DNA of 39,748 nt. It comes from a virus (taxonomy: Duplodnaviria > Heunggongvirae > Uroviricota > Caudoviricetes). Under the pieces are notes generated by a model. That model was not told where the DNA came from. It searched no databases and saw only the letters and a program-made list of their open reading frames with translations. Below are positions 16,771 to 25,339 of the stretch, piece by piece. Location of the stretch: IMG/VR virus record IMGVR_UViG_2563366998_000008; one strand, given 5' to 3'. Each line of letters begins with the position of its first letter. Within the stretch, counting starts at the first letter, position 1. Position numbers and translations under genes: made by a program.

Positions 16771-18359
16771 AACGAACGCCTGTCCTGATTGATGTGAACG
16801 GCGTTCCGCTTCGGGAGAGCCTCAGCTACAACGGGGGCGGCGCAGGATTTGGCGGGCAAATGGCGGAGTGGTTGCCACCGGCGCAGAGTGCCGATGCGGC
16901 CCTGCTGCCCGCGTTGCGTCTGGGGAATGCCCGGGCAGATGATCTGGTGCGCAATAACGGGATAGCGGCCAATGCGGTGGCCCTGCATAAGGATCACATT
17001 GTCGGGCATATGTTTCTTATCAGCTACCGCCCGAACTGGCGCTGGTTGGGGATGCGGGAGACCGCGACAAAAAGTTTTGTCGATGAGGTGGAGGCGGCCT
17101 GGTCAGAATACGCAGAAGGGGTGTTTGGCGAGATCGACGTGGAAGGGAAACGCACGTTTACAGAATTTATTCGTGAAGGTGTGGGCGTTCATGCGTTTAA
17201 CGGCGAAATCTTTGTGCAGCCGGTCTGGGATCCGGAGAGCACGCAACTGTTTCGTACGCGTTTTAAAGCCGTGAGTCCGAAACGGGTGGACACGCCAGGA
17301 CATGGTATCGGGAACCGTTTTCTGCGGGCCGGGGTGGAGGTCGATCGATATGGTCGTGCCGTTGCGTACCATATCTGTGAGGATGATTTTCCGTTCTCCG
17401 GGAGTGGACGATGGGAACGGATCCCGCGTGAACTTCCCACCGGGCGTCCGGCCATGCTGCATATTTTCGAGCCGGTGGAGGACGGGCAGACCCGTGGGGC
17501 TAATCAGTTTTACAGCGTTATGGAACGGCTGAAGATGCTCGATTCCCTGCAGGCAACACAGCTTCAGTCGGCCATAGTGAAGGCGATGTATGCAGCGACG
17601 ATTGAAAGTGACCTTGATACCGAAAAGGCCTTTGAATATATCGCCGGTGCGCCGCAGGGGCAGAAGGATAATCCGCTTATTAATATTCTGGATAAGTTCT
17701 CCACCTGGTATGACACGAATAGCGTGACGCTGGGCGGTGTCAAAATTCCGCACCTTTTCCCCGGTGATGATCTGAAACTTCAGACCGCGCAGGATTCAGA
17801 CAATGGATTTTCGGCGCTTGAACAGGCGCTGCTGCGGTATATCGCCGCCGGTCTTGGCGTTTCCTACGAACAGTTGTCCCGTGATTACTCGAAGGTCAGT
17901 TATTCAAGTGCCCGCGCATCCGCCAATGAGTCGTGGCGCTATTTTATGGGGCGGCGAAAATTTATTGCGTCCCGGCTGGCCACGCAGATGTTTTCCTGCT
18001 GGCTGGAAGAGGCACTTCTTCGGGGGATTATTCGTCCGCCACGGGCACGTTTTGATTTTTATCAGGCGCGATCAGCCTGGTCACGGGCTGAGTGGATTGG
18101 AGCCGGAAGAATGGCCATTGACGGGCTCAAGGAGGTTCAGGAATCAGTGATGCGCATTGAGGCCGGACTGAGCACGTATGAGAAAGAGCTGGCGCTGATG
18201 GGCGAGGATTATCAGGACATTTTCCGCCAGCAGGTCAGGGAATCTGCAGAGCGGGAAAAAGCCGGACTCTCACGTCCGGTGTGGATAGCGCAGGCGTATC
18301 AGCAGCAGATAGCGGAGAGTCGCAGGCCGGAAGAGGAGACAACACCACGTGAGACGTAA
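16767..18359 (+). CDS. B: portal protein (gpB-like)
   Basis: 530-aa ORF in the lambda B position, overlapping W stop. Confidence 0.9.
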   Translation: MKRTPVLIDVNGVPLRESLSYNGGGAGFGGQMAEWLPPAQSADAALLPALRLGNARADDLVRNNGIAANAVALHKDHIVGHMFLISYRPNWRWLGMRETATKSFVDEVEAAWSEYAEGVFGEIDVEGKRTFTEFIREGVGVHAFNGEIFVQPVWDPESTQLFRTRFKAVSPKRVDTPGHGIGNRFLRAGVEVDRYGRAVAYHICEDDFPFSGSGRWERIPRELPTGRPAMLHIFEPVEDGQTRGANQFYSVMERLKMLDSLQATQLQSAIVKAMYAATIESDLDTEKAFEYIAGAPQGQKDNPLINILDKFSTWYDTNSVTLGGVKIPHLFPGDDLKLQTAQDSDNGFSALEQALLRYIAAGLGVSYEQLSRDYSKVSYSSARASANESWRYFMGRRKFIASRLATQMFSCWLEEALLRGIIRPPRARFDFYQARSAWSRAEWIGAGRMAIDGLKEVQESVMRIEAGLSTYEKELALMGEDYQDIFRQQVRESAEREKAGLSRPVWIAQAYQQQIAESRRPEEETTPRET

Positions 18360-19797
18360 TCTTTCACACATTATTGCCGCAGCATTCAATGAACCGCTGC
18401 TTCTGGAGCCCGCCTATGCGCGGGTTTTCTTTTGCGCGCTCGGGCGCGAGATAGGGGCAGCAAGTCTTTCGGTACCACAACAACAGGTACAGCTTGATGC
18501 TCCCGGAATGCTGGCTGAAACGGACGAGTACATGGCCGGAGGTAAACGACCGGCCCGTGTTTACCGGGTGGTGAACGGTATTGCTGTACTGCCGGTGACC
18601 GGCACGCTGGTGCACCGGCTGGGCGGTATGCGGCCATTTTCCGGAATGACAGGCTATGACGGCATTGTCGCCTGTCTTCAGCAGGCAATGGCGGATAGCC
18701 AGGTGCGGGGCGTACTGCTGGACATTGACAGTCCGGGCGGGCAGGCCGCCGGCGCGTTTGACTGCGCTGACATGATTTACCGCCTCCGTCAGCAGAAGCC
18801 GGTCTGGGCACTGTGCAATGACACTGCCTGTTCTGCAGCCATGCTGCTGGCGTCGGCCTGCTCCCGACGGCTGGTTACCCAGACATCCCGTATCGGCTCC
18901 ATTGGCGTGATGATGAGCCATGTCAGCTATGCCGGTCATCTGGCGCAGGCCGGTGTGGATATCACGCTGATTTATGCCGGGGCGCACAAGGTGGATGGCA
19001 ATCAGTTTGAAGCGTTGCCGGCAGAGGTTCGCCAGGACATGCAGCAGCGGATTGATGCGGCGCACCGGATGTTTGCCGAAAAAGTGGCGATGTATACCGG
19101 GTTGTCTGTGGATGCGGTCACGGGAACAGAGGCCGCCGTTTTTGAAGGTCAGTCCGGCATTGAGGCCGGGCTGGCGGATGAATTAATCAATGCGTCGGAT
19201 GCCATCAGTGTGATGGCCACGGCGCTGAACAGTAATGTCAGAGGAGGCACTATGCCGCAATTAACTGCAACGGAAGCCGCCGTGCAGGAGAACCAGCGAG
19301 TGATGGGGATCCTGACATGCCAGGAAGCGAAAGGACGTGAACAGCTTGCCACGATGCTGGCAGGGCAACAGGGCATGAGCGTTGAACAGGCCCGGGCGAT
19401 TCTGGCCGCGGCGGCACCGCAGCAGCCGGTGGCATCCGCGCAGAGTGAAGCCGATCGCATTATGGCGTGTGAAGAAGCGAACGGTCGTGAACAACTGGCG
19501 GCTGCACCACTGGCGGATGCCGGGCCCTCACTTCGTGATCAGATCATGGCCCTGGATGAGGCAAAAGGGGCAGAAGCGCAGGCTGAAAAACTGGCGGCCT
19601 GCCCGGGAATGACCGTGGAGAACGCCCGGGCTGTGCTGGCTGCGGGATCAGGTAAGGCCGAACCGGTCTCTGCATCCACAACCGCCCTGTTTGAACATTT
19701 CATGGCGAATCATTCACCGGCAGCGGTGCGGGGTGGCGTGTCACAGACGTCAGCAGACGGTGATGCGGACGTGAAAATGCTCATGGCCATGCCATGA
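18349..19797 (+). CDS. C: prohead protease / scaffold (gpC-like, S49/ClpP-like) with Nu3-like C-terminal scaffold region
   Basis: GTG 18349 overlapping the B stop; S49-like core (GVLLDIDSPGG...); C-terminal Ala/Gln-rich internal repeats. Confidence 0.8.
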   Translation: MRRNLSHIIAAAFNEPLLLEPAYARVFFCALGREIGAASLSVPQQQVQLDAPGMLAETDEYMAGGKRPARVYRVVNGIAVLPVTGTLVHRLGGMRPFSGMTGYDGIVACLQQAMADSQVRGVLLDIDSPGGQAAGAFDCADMIYRLRQQKPVWALCNDTACSAAMLLASACSRRLVTQTSRIGSIGVMMSHVSYAGHLAQAGVDITLIYAGAHKVDGNQFEALPAEVRQDMQQRIDAAHRMFAEKVAMYTGLSVDAVTGTEAAVFEGQSGIEAGLADELINASDAISVMATALNSNVRGGTMPQLTATEAAVQENQRVMGILTCQEAKGREQLATMLAGQQGMSVEQARAILAAAAPQQPVASAQSEADRIMACEEANGREQLAAAPLADAGPSLRDQIMALDEAKGAEAQAEKLAACPGMTVENARAVLAAGSGKAEPVSASTTALFEHFMANHSPAAVRGGVSQTSADGDADVKMLMAMP

Positions 19798-19833
19798 AGT
19801 CAGTGCTGACCATCAATATGAGGTTTTAACAAA

Positions 19834-20181
19834 ATGGTGACGAAAACCATCACTGAACAGCGTGCGGAAGTACGTATTTTTGCCGGTAATGATCCGGCTC
19901 ATACCGCCACAGGCAGCAGCGGGATTTCTTCCGCAACACCGGCTCTGACGCCCCTGATGCTGGATGAAGCCACCGGGAAACTGGTGGTCTGGGATGGACA
20001 GAAAGCCGGTAGTGCGGTTGGCATACTGGTACTGCCGCTTGAAGGCACAGAGACAGCGCTGACGTATTACAAGTCGGGAACCTTTGCGACGGAGGCAATC
20101 CACTGGCCTGAAAGTGTGGATGAACACAAAAAGGCAAATGCCTTTGCCGGCACAGCCCTGAGTCACGCGGCTCTGCCGTAA
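19834..20181 (+). CDS. D: head decoration protein (gpD-like)
   Basis: ...NDPAHTATG...TPLMLD...KLVVWDG...YYKSGTF...AFAGTA matches lambda gpD. Confidence 0.85.
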   Translation: MVTKTITEQRAEVRIFAGNDPAHTATGSSGISSATPALTPLMLDEATGKLVVWDGQKAGSAVGILVLPLEGTETALTYYKSGTFATEAIHWPESVDEHKKANAFAGTALSHAALP

Positions 20182-20204
20182 CACGTTATCAGGCCACCAT
20201 GGTG

Positions 20205-20930
20205 GCCTGACTGATTGTGCACAGAAAACCCCCAGCTAGGCTGGGGGTTCCGGAAAGCTTTCAGCTTTGAGCCAGTTATTAAAACCCCTTTTGATTTGTT
20301 AAAACACCTTGCGGTCTGGCAACTGCAAGTGTCAAACAAGAAATCAAAAGGGGGTCCCAATGGGGAACGAAAAGAGCTTAGCGCACACCCGATGGAACTG
20401 TAAATATCACATAGTTTTTGCGCCAAAATACCGAAGACAGGTGTTCTACAGAGAGAAGCGTAGAGCAATAGGCAGTATTTTGAGAAAGCTGTGTGAGTGG
20501 AAAAGCGTACGGATTCTGGAAGCTGAATGCTGTGCAGATCATATCCATATGCTTGTGGAGATCCCGCCTAAAATGAGCGTATCCGGGTTTATGGGATATC
20601 TGAAAGGGAAAAGCAGTCTGATGCTTTACGAGCAGTTTGGTGATTTGAAATTCAAATACAGGAACAGGGAGTTCTGGTGCAGAGGGTACTACGTCGATAC
20701 AGTGGGTAAGAACACGGCGAAGATACAGGATTACATAAAGCACCAGCTTGAAGAGGATAAAATGGGAGAGCAGTTATCGATTCCCTATCCGGGCAGCCCG
20801 TTTACGGGCCGTAAGTAACGAAGTTGGATGCAAATGTCAGATCGTGTGCGCCTGTTAGGGCGCGGCTGGTAAGAGAGCCTTATAGGCGCATTTGAAAAAC
20901 CTCCGGCTATGCCGGAGGATATTTATTTTC
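20205..20930 (+). mobile_element. IS200-family insertion sequence (boundaries approximate, +/- 30 bp)
   Basis: Y1 transposase gene flanked by subterminal perfect hairpins (CCCCCAGC-TAGG-CTGGGGG near the left end; CTCCGGC-TAT-GCCGGAG near the right); enlarges the D-E gap to 769 bp. Confidence 0.75.
20360..20818 (+). CDS. tnpA: IS200/IS605-family Y1 (HUH) transposase TnpA
   Basis: MGNEKSLAHTRWNCKYHIVFAPKYRR...HIHMLVEIPPK...YLKGKSS characteristic of IS200 TnpA. Confidence 0.9.
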   Translation: MGNEKSLAHTRWNCKYHIVFAPKYRRQVFYREKRRAIGSILRKLCEWKSVRILEAECCADHIHMLVEIPPKMSVSGFMGYLKGKSSLMLYEQFGDLKFKYRNREFWCRGYYVDTVGKNTAKIQDYIKHQLEEDKMGEQLSIPYPGSPFTGRK

Positions 20931-20950
20931 TGAATGAAAGGAACTGATTT

Positions 20951-21979
20951 ATGGGATTGTTTACGACCCGCCAGTTACTCGGTTATACCGAACAAAAAGT
21001 TAAATTCCGTGCGCTATTTCTGGAGCTGTTTTTCCGCCGTACGGTGAATTTCCACACCGAAGAGGTGATGCTGGACAAAATTACCGGAAAAACGCCGGTG
21101 GCGGCCTATGTCTCCCCGATCGTTGAAGGAAAAGTGCTGCGCCATCGTGGTGGTGAAACCCGCGTGTTGCGTCCGGGCTACGTCAAGCCGAAACACGAAT
21201 TTAATTACCAGCAGGCGGTTGAGCGCCTTCCTGGTGAAGATCCATCTCAACTGAATGATCCGGCTTACCGCCGTCTGCGTATCATTACCGATAACCTCAA
21301 ACAGGAAGAGCACGCCATTGTCCAGGTGGAAGAAATGCAGGCGGTAAATGCTGTGTTGTATGGCAAATACACCATGGAAGGAGACCAGTTCGAGAAAATT
21401 GAGGTCGATTTTGGCAGGTCGACGAAGAATAACATCACTCAGGGTAGTGGTAAGGAGTGGTCAAAACAGGATCGTGACACGTTCGATCCTACACATGATA
21501 TTGACCTCTACTGCGACCAGGCCAGCGGTCTTGTGAATATTGCCATTATGGACGGTACCGGCTGGCGTCTTCTGAATGGTTTTAAGCTGTTCCGCGAAAA
21601 ACTGGATACCCGTCGCGGTTCAAATTCTCAACTCGAAACGGCAGTGAAAGATCTGGGCGCAGTGGTGTCCTTCAAGGGGTATTACGGCGATCTGGCCATT
21701 GTGGTGGCGAAAACGTCTTATATAGCAGAAGACGGTATCGAAAAACGTTATCTTCCAGATGGCATGCTGGTTCTGGGGAATACTGCTGCAGATGGGATCC
21801 GTTGTTACGGTGCCATTCAGGATGCTCAGGCGTTGTCCGAAGGTGTGGTGGCCTCTTCCCGTTATCCGAAACACTGGCTGACGGTAGGGGATCCCGCCCG
21901 TGAATTTACCATGACGCAGTCCGCGCCGCTGATGGTGTTGCCGGACCCGGATGAGTTTGTGGTGGTACAGGTGAAATAA
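20951..21979 (+). CDS. E: major capsid protein (gpE-like)
   Basis: Extensive similarity to lambda gpE (YVSPIV.G.V...PGYVKPKHE, DTRRGSNS.LETAVKDLG, TMTQSAPLM). Confidence 0.95.
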   Translation: MGLFTTRQLLGYTEQKVKFRALFLELFFRRTVNFHTEEVMLDKITGKTPVAAYVSPIVEGKVLRHRGGETRVLRPGYVKPKHEFNYQQAVERLPGEDPSQLNDPAYRRLRIITDNLKQEEHAIVQVEEMQAVNAVLYGKYTMEGDQFEKIEVDFGRSTKNNITQGSGKEWSKQDRDTFDPTHDIDLYCDQASGLVNIAIMDGTGWRLLNGFKLFREKLDTRRGSNSQLETAVKDLGAVVSFKGYYGDLAIVVAKTSYIAEDGIEKRYLPDGMLVLGNTAADGIRCYGAIQDAQALSEGVVASSRYPKHWLTVGDPAREFTMTQSAPLMVLPDPDEFVVVQVK

Positions 21980-22030
21980 TCCGTGAGCGGGGGCGAAATG
22001 CCCCCGTGTCTTTTTTCACAGGGGGCTGAT

Positions 22031-22405
22031 ATGGCAACGAAAGAGCAAAATCTGAAACGGCTTGATGAACTGGCCCTGATTCTGGGGCGTGAGCCGGATA
22101 TATCCGGGAGTGCCGCAGAGATAGCGCAGCGGGTGGCAGAATGGGAAGAGGAAATGCAGTCATCCGGCGATGATGTACAGGTTATGAATATGGATATCCG
22201 GGAGCGGGAAACCGCGGCTCATGATGTTCGTGAGGAAACATCCGGCGCGTTAACGCGCATCAGAGTTCTGACCTGCCTCCATCTCTGTGGCGTTGATGGT
22301 GAAACGGGGGAATCCGTTGAGCTTGCGGATGTTGGTCGGGTGATTCTGATTATGTCCTCAGATGCAAAAACACACGTTGATGGTGGAATGGCTGTTTATG
22401 CGTGA
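22031..22405 (+). CDS. FI: DNA packaging protein FI-like
   Basis: Position between E and FII; acidic small protein; ATG 22031. Confidence 0.65.
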   Translation: MATKEQNLKRLDELALILGREPDISGSAAEIAQRVAEWEEEMQSSGDDVQVMNMDIRERETAAHDVREETSGALTRIRVLTCLHLCGVDGETGESVELADVGRVILIMSSDAKTHVDGGMAVYA

Positions 22406-22751
22406 TTTTCAGAATGCCTTTGATGCCGCCCTTGCCGGGGTGGACAGTACGATTGTTGAAGTGATGGGGATCCGTGCGCAGTTCACCTCCGGAGCACAAC
22501 GTGGCGGCGAAGTTCAGGGGGTTTTTGACGATCCGGAGTCGCTGGGTTTTGCCGGTGGCGGGGTCCGTATTGAAGGAAGCAGCCCGTCATTATTTGTGCG
22601 GACGGATACGGTGCGTGCCGTGCGGCGTGGTGACACGCTGACCATTAACGGCGAGATGTTCTGGGTGGATCGTGTTTCTCCGGATGACGGGGGAAGCTGT
22701 TATCTCTGGCTCAACCGTGGGCAACCACCCGCTGTTAACCGGCGACGATAA
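22398..22751 (+). CDS. FII: head-tail joining protein FII
   Basis: MRDFQNAFDAAL...VFDDPES...GVRIEGSSPSLFVRTD...FWVDRVSPDDGGSCYLWL matches lambda FII. Confidence 0.85.
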   Translation: MRDFQNAFDAALAGVDSTIVEVMGIRAQFTSGAQRGGEVQGVFDDPESLGFAGGGVRIEGSSPSLFVRTDTVRAVRRGDTLTINGEMFWVDRVSPDDGGSCYLWLNRGQPPAVNRRR

Positions 22752-22766
22752 ACGCAGGGGGAAATT

Positions 22767-23300
22767 ATGGCGATAAAAGGGCTTGATCAGGCGATTGATA
22801 ATCTGAGCCGGGTTCGTAAAAACGCCATTCCGGCGGCTTCAGCAATGACGATTAACCGCGTGGCCACAACGGCGATTAATCAGTCTTCATCACAGGTTGC
22901 CCGGGAGACAAAGGTACGCCGGAAACTGGTTAAGGAACGGTCCAGACTGAAACGGGCGACGGTCAGAAATCCGAACGCAAAAATTATCGTTAACCGCGGT
23001 GATCTTCCAGTGATTAAGCTGGGGATCAGGATGCTGGGCCGTCGTCCGAACAGCATACTTAAAGCCGGTCAGCATCGGTATCAGCGGGCATTCATTCAGC
23101 GATTAAAAAACGGTCGCTGGCATGTCATGCAGCGTGTGGCCGGGAAAAACCGTTACCCTATTGATGTGGTGAAAATCCCGATGGCGGCCCCACTGAAACA
23201 GGCGTTTGATGAGAATGTTGACCGTATCCGGCGTGAACGCCTGCCCGGAGAACTGGCATCCGCGCTGAAACAACAACTGAGGATTGCGATAAAACGATGA
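22767..23300 (+). CDS. Z: tail completion protein Z
   Basis: MAIKGLDQAIDNLSR...QVARETKVRRKLVKER.RLKRATV...NGRWHVMQRVAGKNRYPIDVVKIPMA matches lambda gpZ. Confidence 0.85.
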   Translation: MAIKGLDQAIDNLSRVRKNAIPAASAMTINRVATTAINQSSSQVARETKVRRKLVKERSRLKRATVRNPNAKIIVNRGDLPVIKLGIRMLGRRPNSILKAGQHRYQRAFIQRLKNGRWHVMQRVAGKNRYPIDVVKIPMAAPLKQAFDENVDRIRRERLPGELASALKQQLRIAIKR

Positions 23301-23692
23301 AACACACTGATATCCGTGCTGCAGTGCTGGATGCACTCGAGCAGCATGAACACGGGGCGACGCTGTTTGATGGTCGCCCCGTTGTTTTTGACGAAGAGGA
23401 TTTTCCTGCGATCGCGGTTTATCTGACGGATGCAGAGTATACCGGTGAAGAGCTGGATGCAGATACCTGGCGGGCCACACTGCATATTGAGGTGTTTTTA
23501 CCGGCACAGGTACCGGATTCAGAGCTTGATCAGTGGATGGAAAGCCGGATTTATCCGGCGATGACTGCGATCCCGGCACTGGCAGGACTGATTACCACGA
23601 TGGTTACGCAGGGCTATGAGTATCGTCGTGATGACGATATGGCGTTATGGAGCTCTGCGGATCTGACTTATTCCATTACATACGAGATGTGA
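23297..23692 (+). CDS. U: tail terminator protein U
   Basis: [15 protein letters not shown]...[24 protein letters not shown]...DLTY.ITYEM matches lambda gpU. Confidence 0.9.
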   Translation: MKHTDIRAAVLDALEQHEHGATLFDGRPVVFDEEDFPAIAVYLTDAEYTGEELDADTWRATLHIEVFLPAQVPDSELDQWMESRIYPAMTAIPALAGLITTMVTQGYEYRRDDDMALWSSADLTYSITYEM

Positions 23693-23699
23693 GGACGAT

Positions 23700-24449
23700 A
23701 TGGCAACACCAAATCCCCTGGAGCCGGTAAAAGGTGCCGGTACCACTCTGTGGGTTTACAACGGCAAGGGTGATGCTTATGCAAACCCGTTGTCAGACGC
23801 TGACTGGCAGCGACTGGCTAAGGTGAAGGATCTGACGCCGGGCGAGATGACGGCAGAATCCTACGATGATAACTACCTGGATGATGAAGACGCAGACTGG
23901 ACCGCGACCGGGCAGGGGCAGAAATCTGCAGGTGATACCAGTTTTACGCTGGCCTGGAAACCGGGAGAGGAAGGTCAGAAAGGGCTTATAGGCTGGTTTG
24001 AAAGCGGCGATGTCCGGGCCTATAAAATCCGTTTTCCGAATGGCACGGTGGATGTGTTTCGTGGCTGGGTCAGCAGTATCGGTAAGGCCGTGACGGCGAA
24101 AGAAGTGATCACCCGCACGGTGAAAGTCACTAACGTGGGTAAACCTTCTGTAGCGGAAGAACGCAGCAAAATTACGCCGGTCAGTGCGATTAAGGTGACG
24201 CCGACATCCGGTACGGTGGCAAAAGGGAAAACAACCACCCTGACCGTTACTGTGGAACCGGAAAATGCAACGGATAAGACATTCAGGGCGATTTCCGCCG
24301 ATCCATCAAAAGCCACCATTAGCGTGAAAGATATGACGATTACTGTGACGGGGGTTAAGGATGGAAAAGTCAGCATCCCTGTGATTTCCGGTAATGGTCA
24401 GTTTGCTGCGGTGGCTGAAATTACCGTTAATAATGTGCCGGGTAGCTAA
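23700..24449 (+). CDS. V: major tail protein V with C-terminal Ig-like domain
   Basis: Position and size; C-terminal Big_2-like repeat region typical of lambda gpV. Confidence 0.9.
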   Translation: MATPNPLEPVKGAGTTLWVYNGKGDAYANPLSDADWQRLAKVKDLTPGEMTAESYDDNYLDDEDADWTATGQGQKSAGDTSFTLAWKPGEEGQKGLIGWFESGDVRAYKIRFPNGTVDVFRGWVSSIGKAVTAKEVITRTVKVTNVGKPSVAEERSKITPVSAIKVTPTSGTVAKGKTTTLTVTVEPENATDKTFRAISADPSKATISVKDMTITVTGVKDGKVSIPVISGNGQFAAVAEITVNNVPGS

Positions 24450-24467
24450 AGAGCTGAGAGATAAGCG

Positions 24468-24899
24468 ATGTTCCTGAAAACAGAACAATTTGAATATAAC
24501 GGTGTATCCGTCACGCTTTCTGAGCTGTCTGCGCTGCAGCGTATTGAGCATCTTGCCCTCCTGAAACGGCGGGCAGAAGAGGCTGAAGCCAGCGGCAACC
24601 TGCAGGTGAGTGTGGAAGATCTTGTCAGAACCGGCGCGTTTCTGGTGGCGATGTCCCTGTGGCATAACCATCCACAGAAAACGCAGTCACCGTCAATGAA
24701 TGAGGCCGTGATGAAGATAGAGCAGGAAGTGCTCACCACCTGGCCTGCTGATGCCATTGCCCGGGCGGAAGACGTGGTGTTGCGTCTGTCCGGGATGATC
24801 GAAGCTGTTCGTCCGGATACTGATATTACTGAAGTGGCGAAAAATAACACGCTGACTGATGATGATTTTTCTGCGGGAAAGTCTTCGACGGTGAGCTGA
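24468..24899 (+). CDS. G: tail assembly chaperone G
   Basis: Position after V; slippery heptamer G_GGA_AAG near the 3' end (24875-24881). Confidence 0.85.
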   Translation: MFLKTEQFEYNGVSVTLSELSALQRIEHLALLKRRAEEAEASGNLQVSVEDLVRTGAFLVAMSLWHNHPQKTQSPSMNEAVMKIEQEVLTTWPADAIARAEDVVLRLSGMIEAVRPDTDITEVAKNNTLTDDDFSAGKSSTVS

Positions 24900-25339
24900 A
24901 CTTTGCCCTCAGACTGGCGCGTGAGATGGGGAGACCCGACTGGCGCGCCATGCTTGCCGGGATGACATCCACCGAATATGCCGACTGGCACCGTTTTTAC
25001 CGCACGCATTATTTTCAGGATACCCAGCTGGATATGCATTTTTCCGGGCTGACGTACGCTGTACTCAGCCTGTTTTTTTGCGATCCGGATATGCATCCCT
25101 CTGATTTCAGTCTGCTTGTCCCCCGGCATGAGGAAGAGCAGGTGGAGAGGCCGGATGAGGACAAAATGCTGATGCAGAAAGCGGCAGGACTTGCCGGAGG
25201 CGTCCGGTTCGGTGGGGACGGAGGGGGCGATATTTTATCGTCTGCGGATGTGGCGGATGTCATGGTGGATGATGCCGCATTAATGATGGCTTCAGCGGGG
25301 ATTCCGGGAGGTGTGAGATATGTCCCAGCCGGTTGGTGA
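24468..25339 (+). CDS. T: G-T tail assembly chaperone produced by -1 programmed frameshift at 24875-24881
   Basis: GGGAAAG in the G frame; the -1 frame continues GKVFDGELNFAL.LAREMGRPDWRAMLAGM...HRFY..HYF to TGA 25337-25339, matching lambda G-T. Confidence 0.75.
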
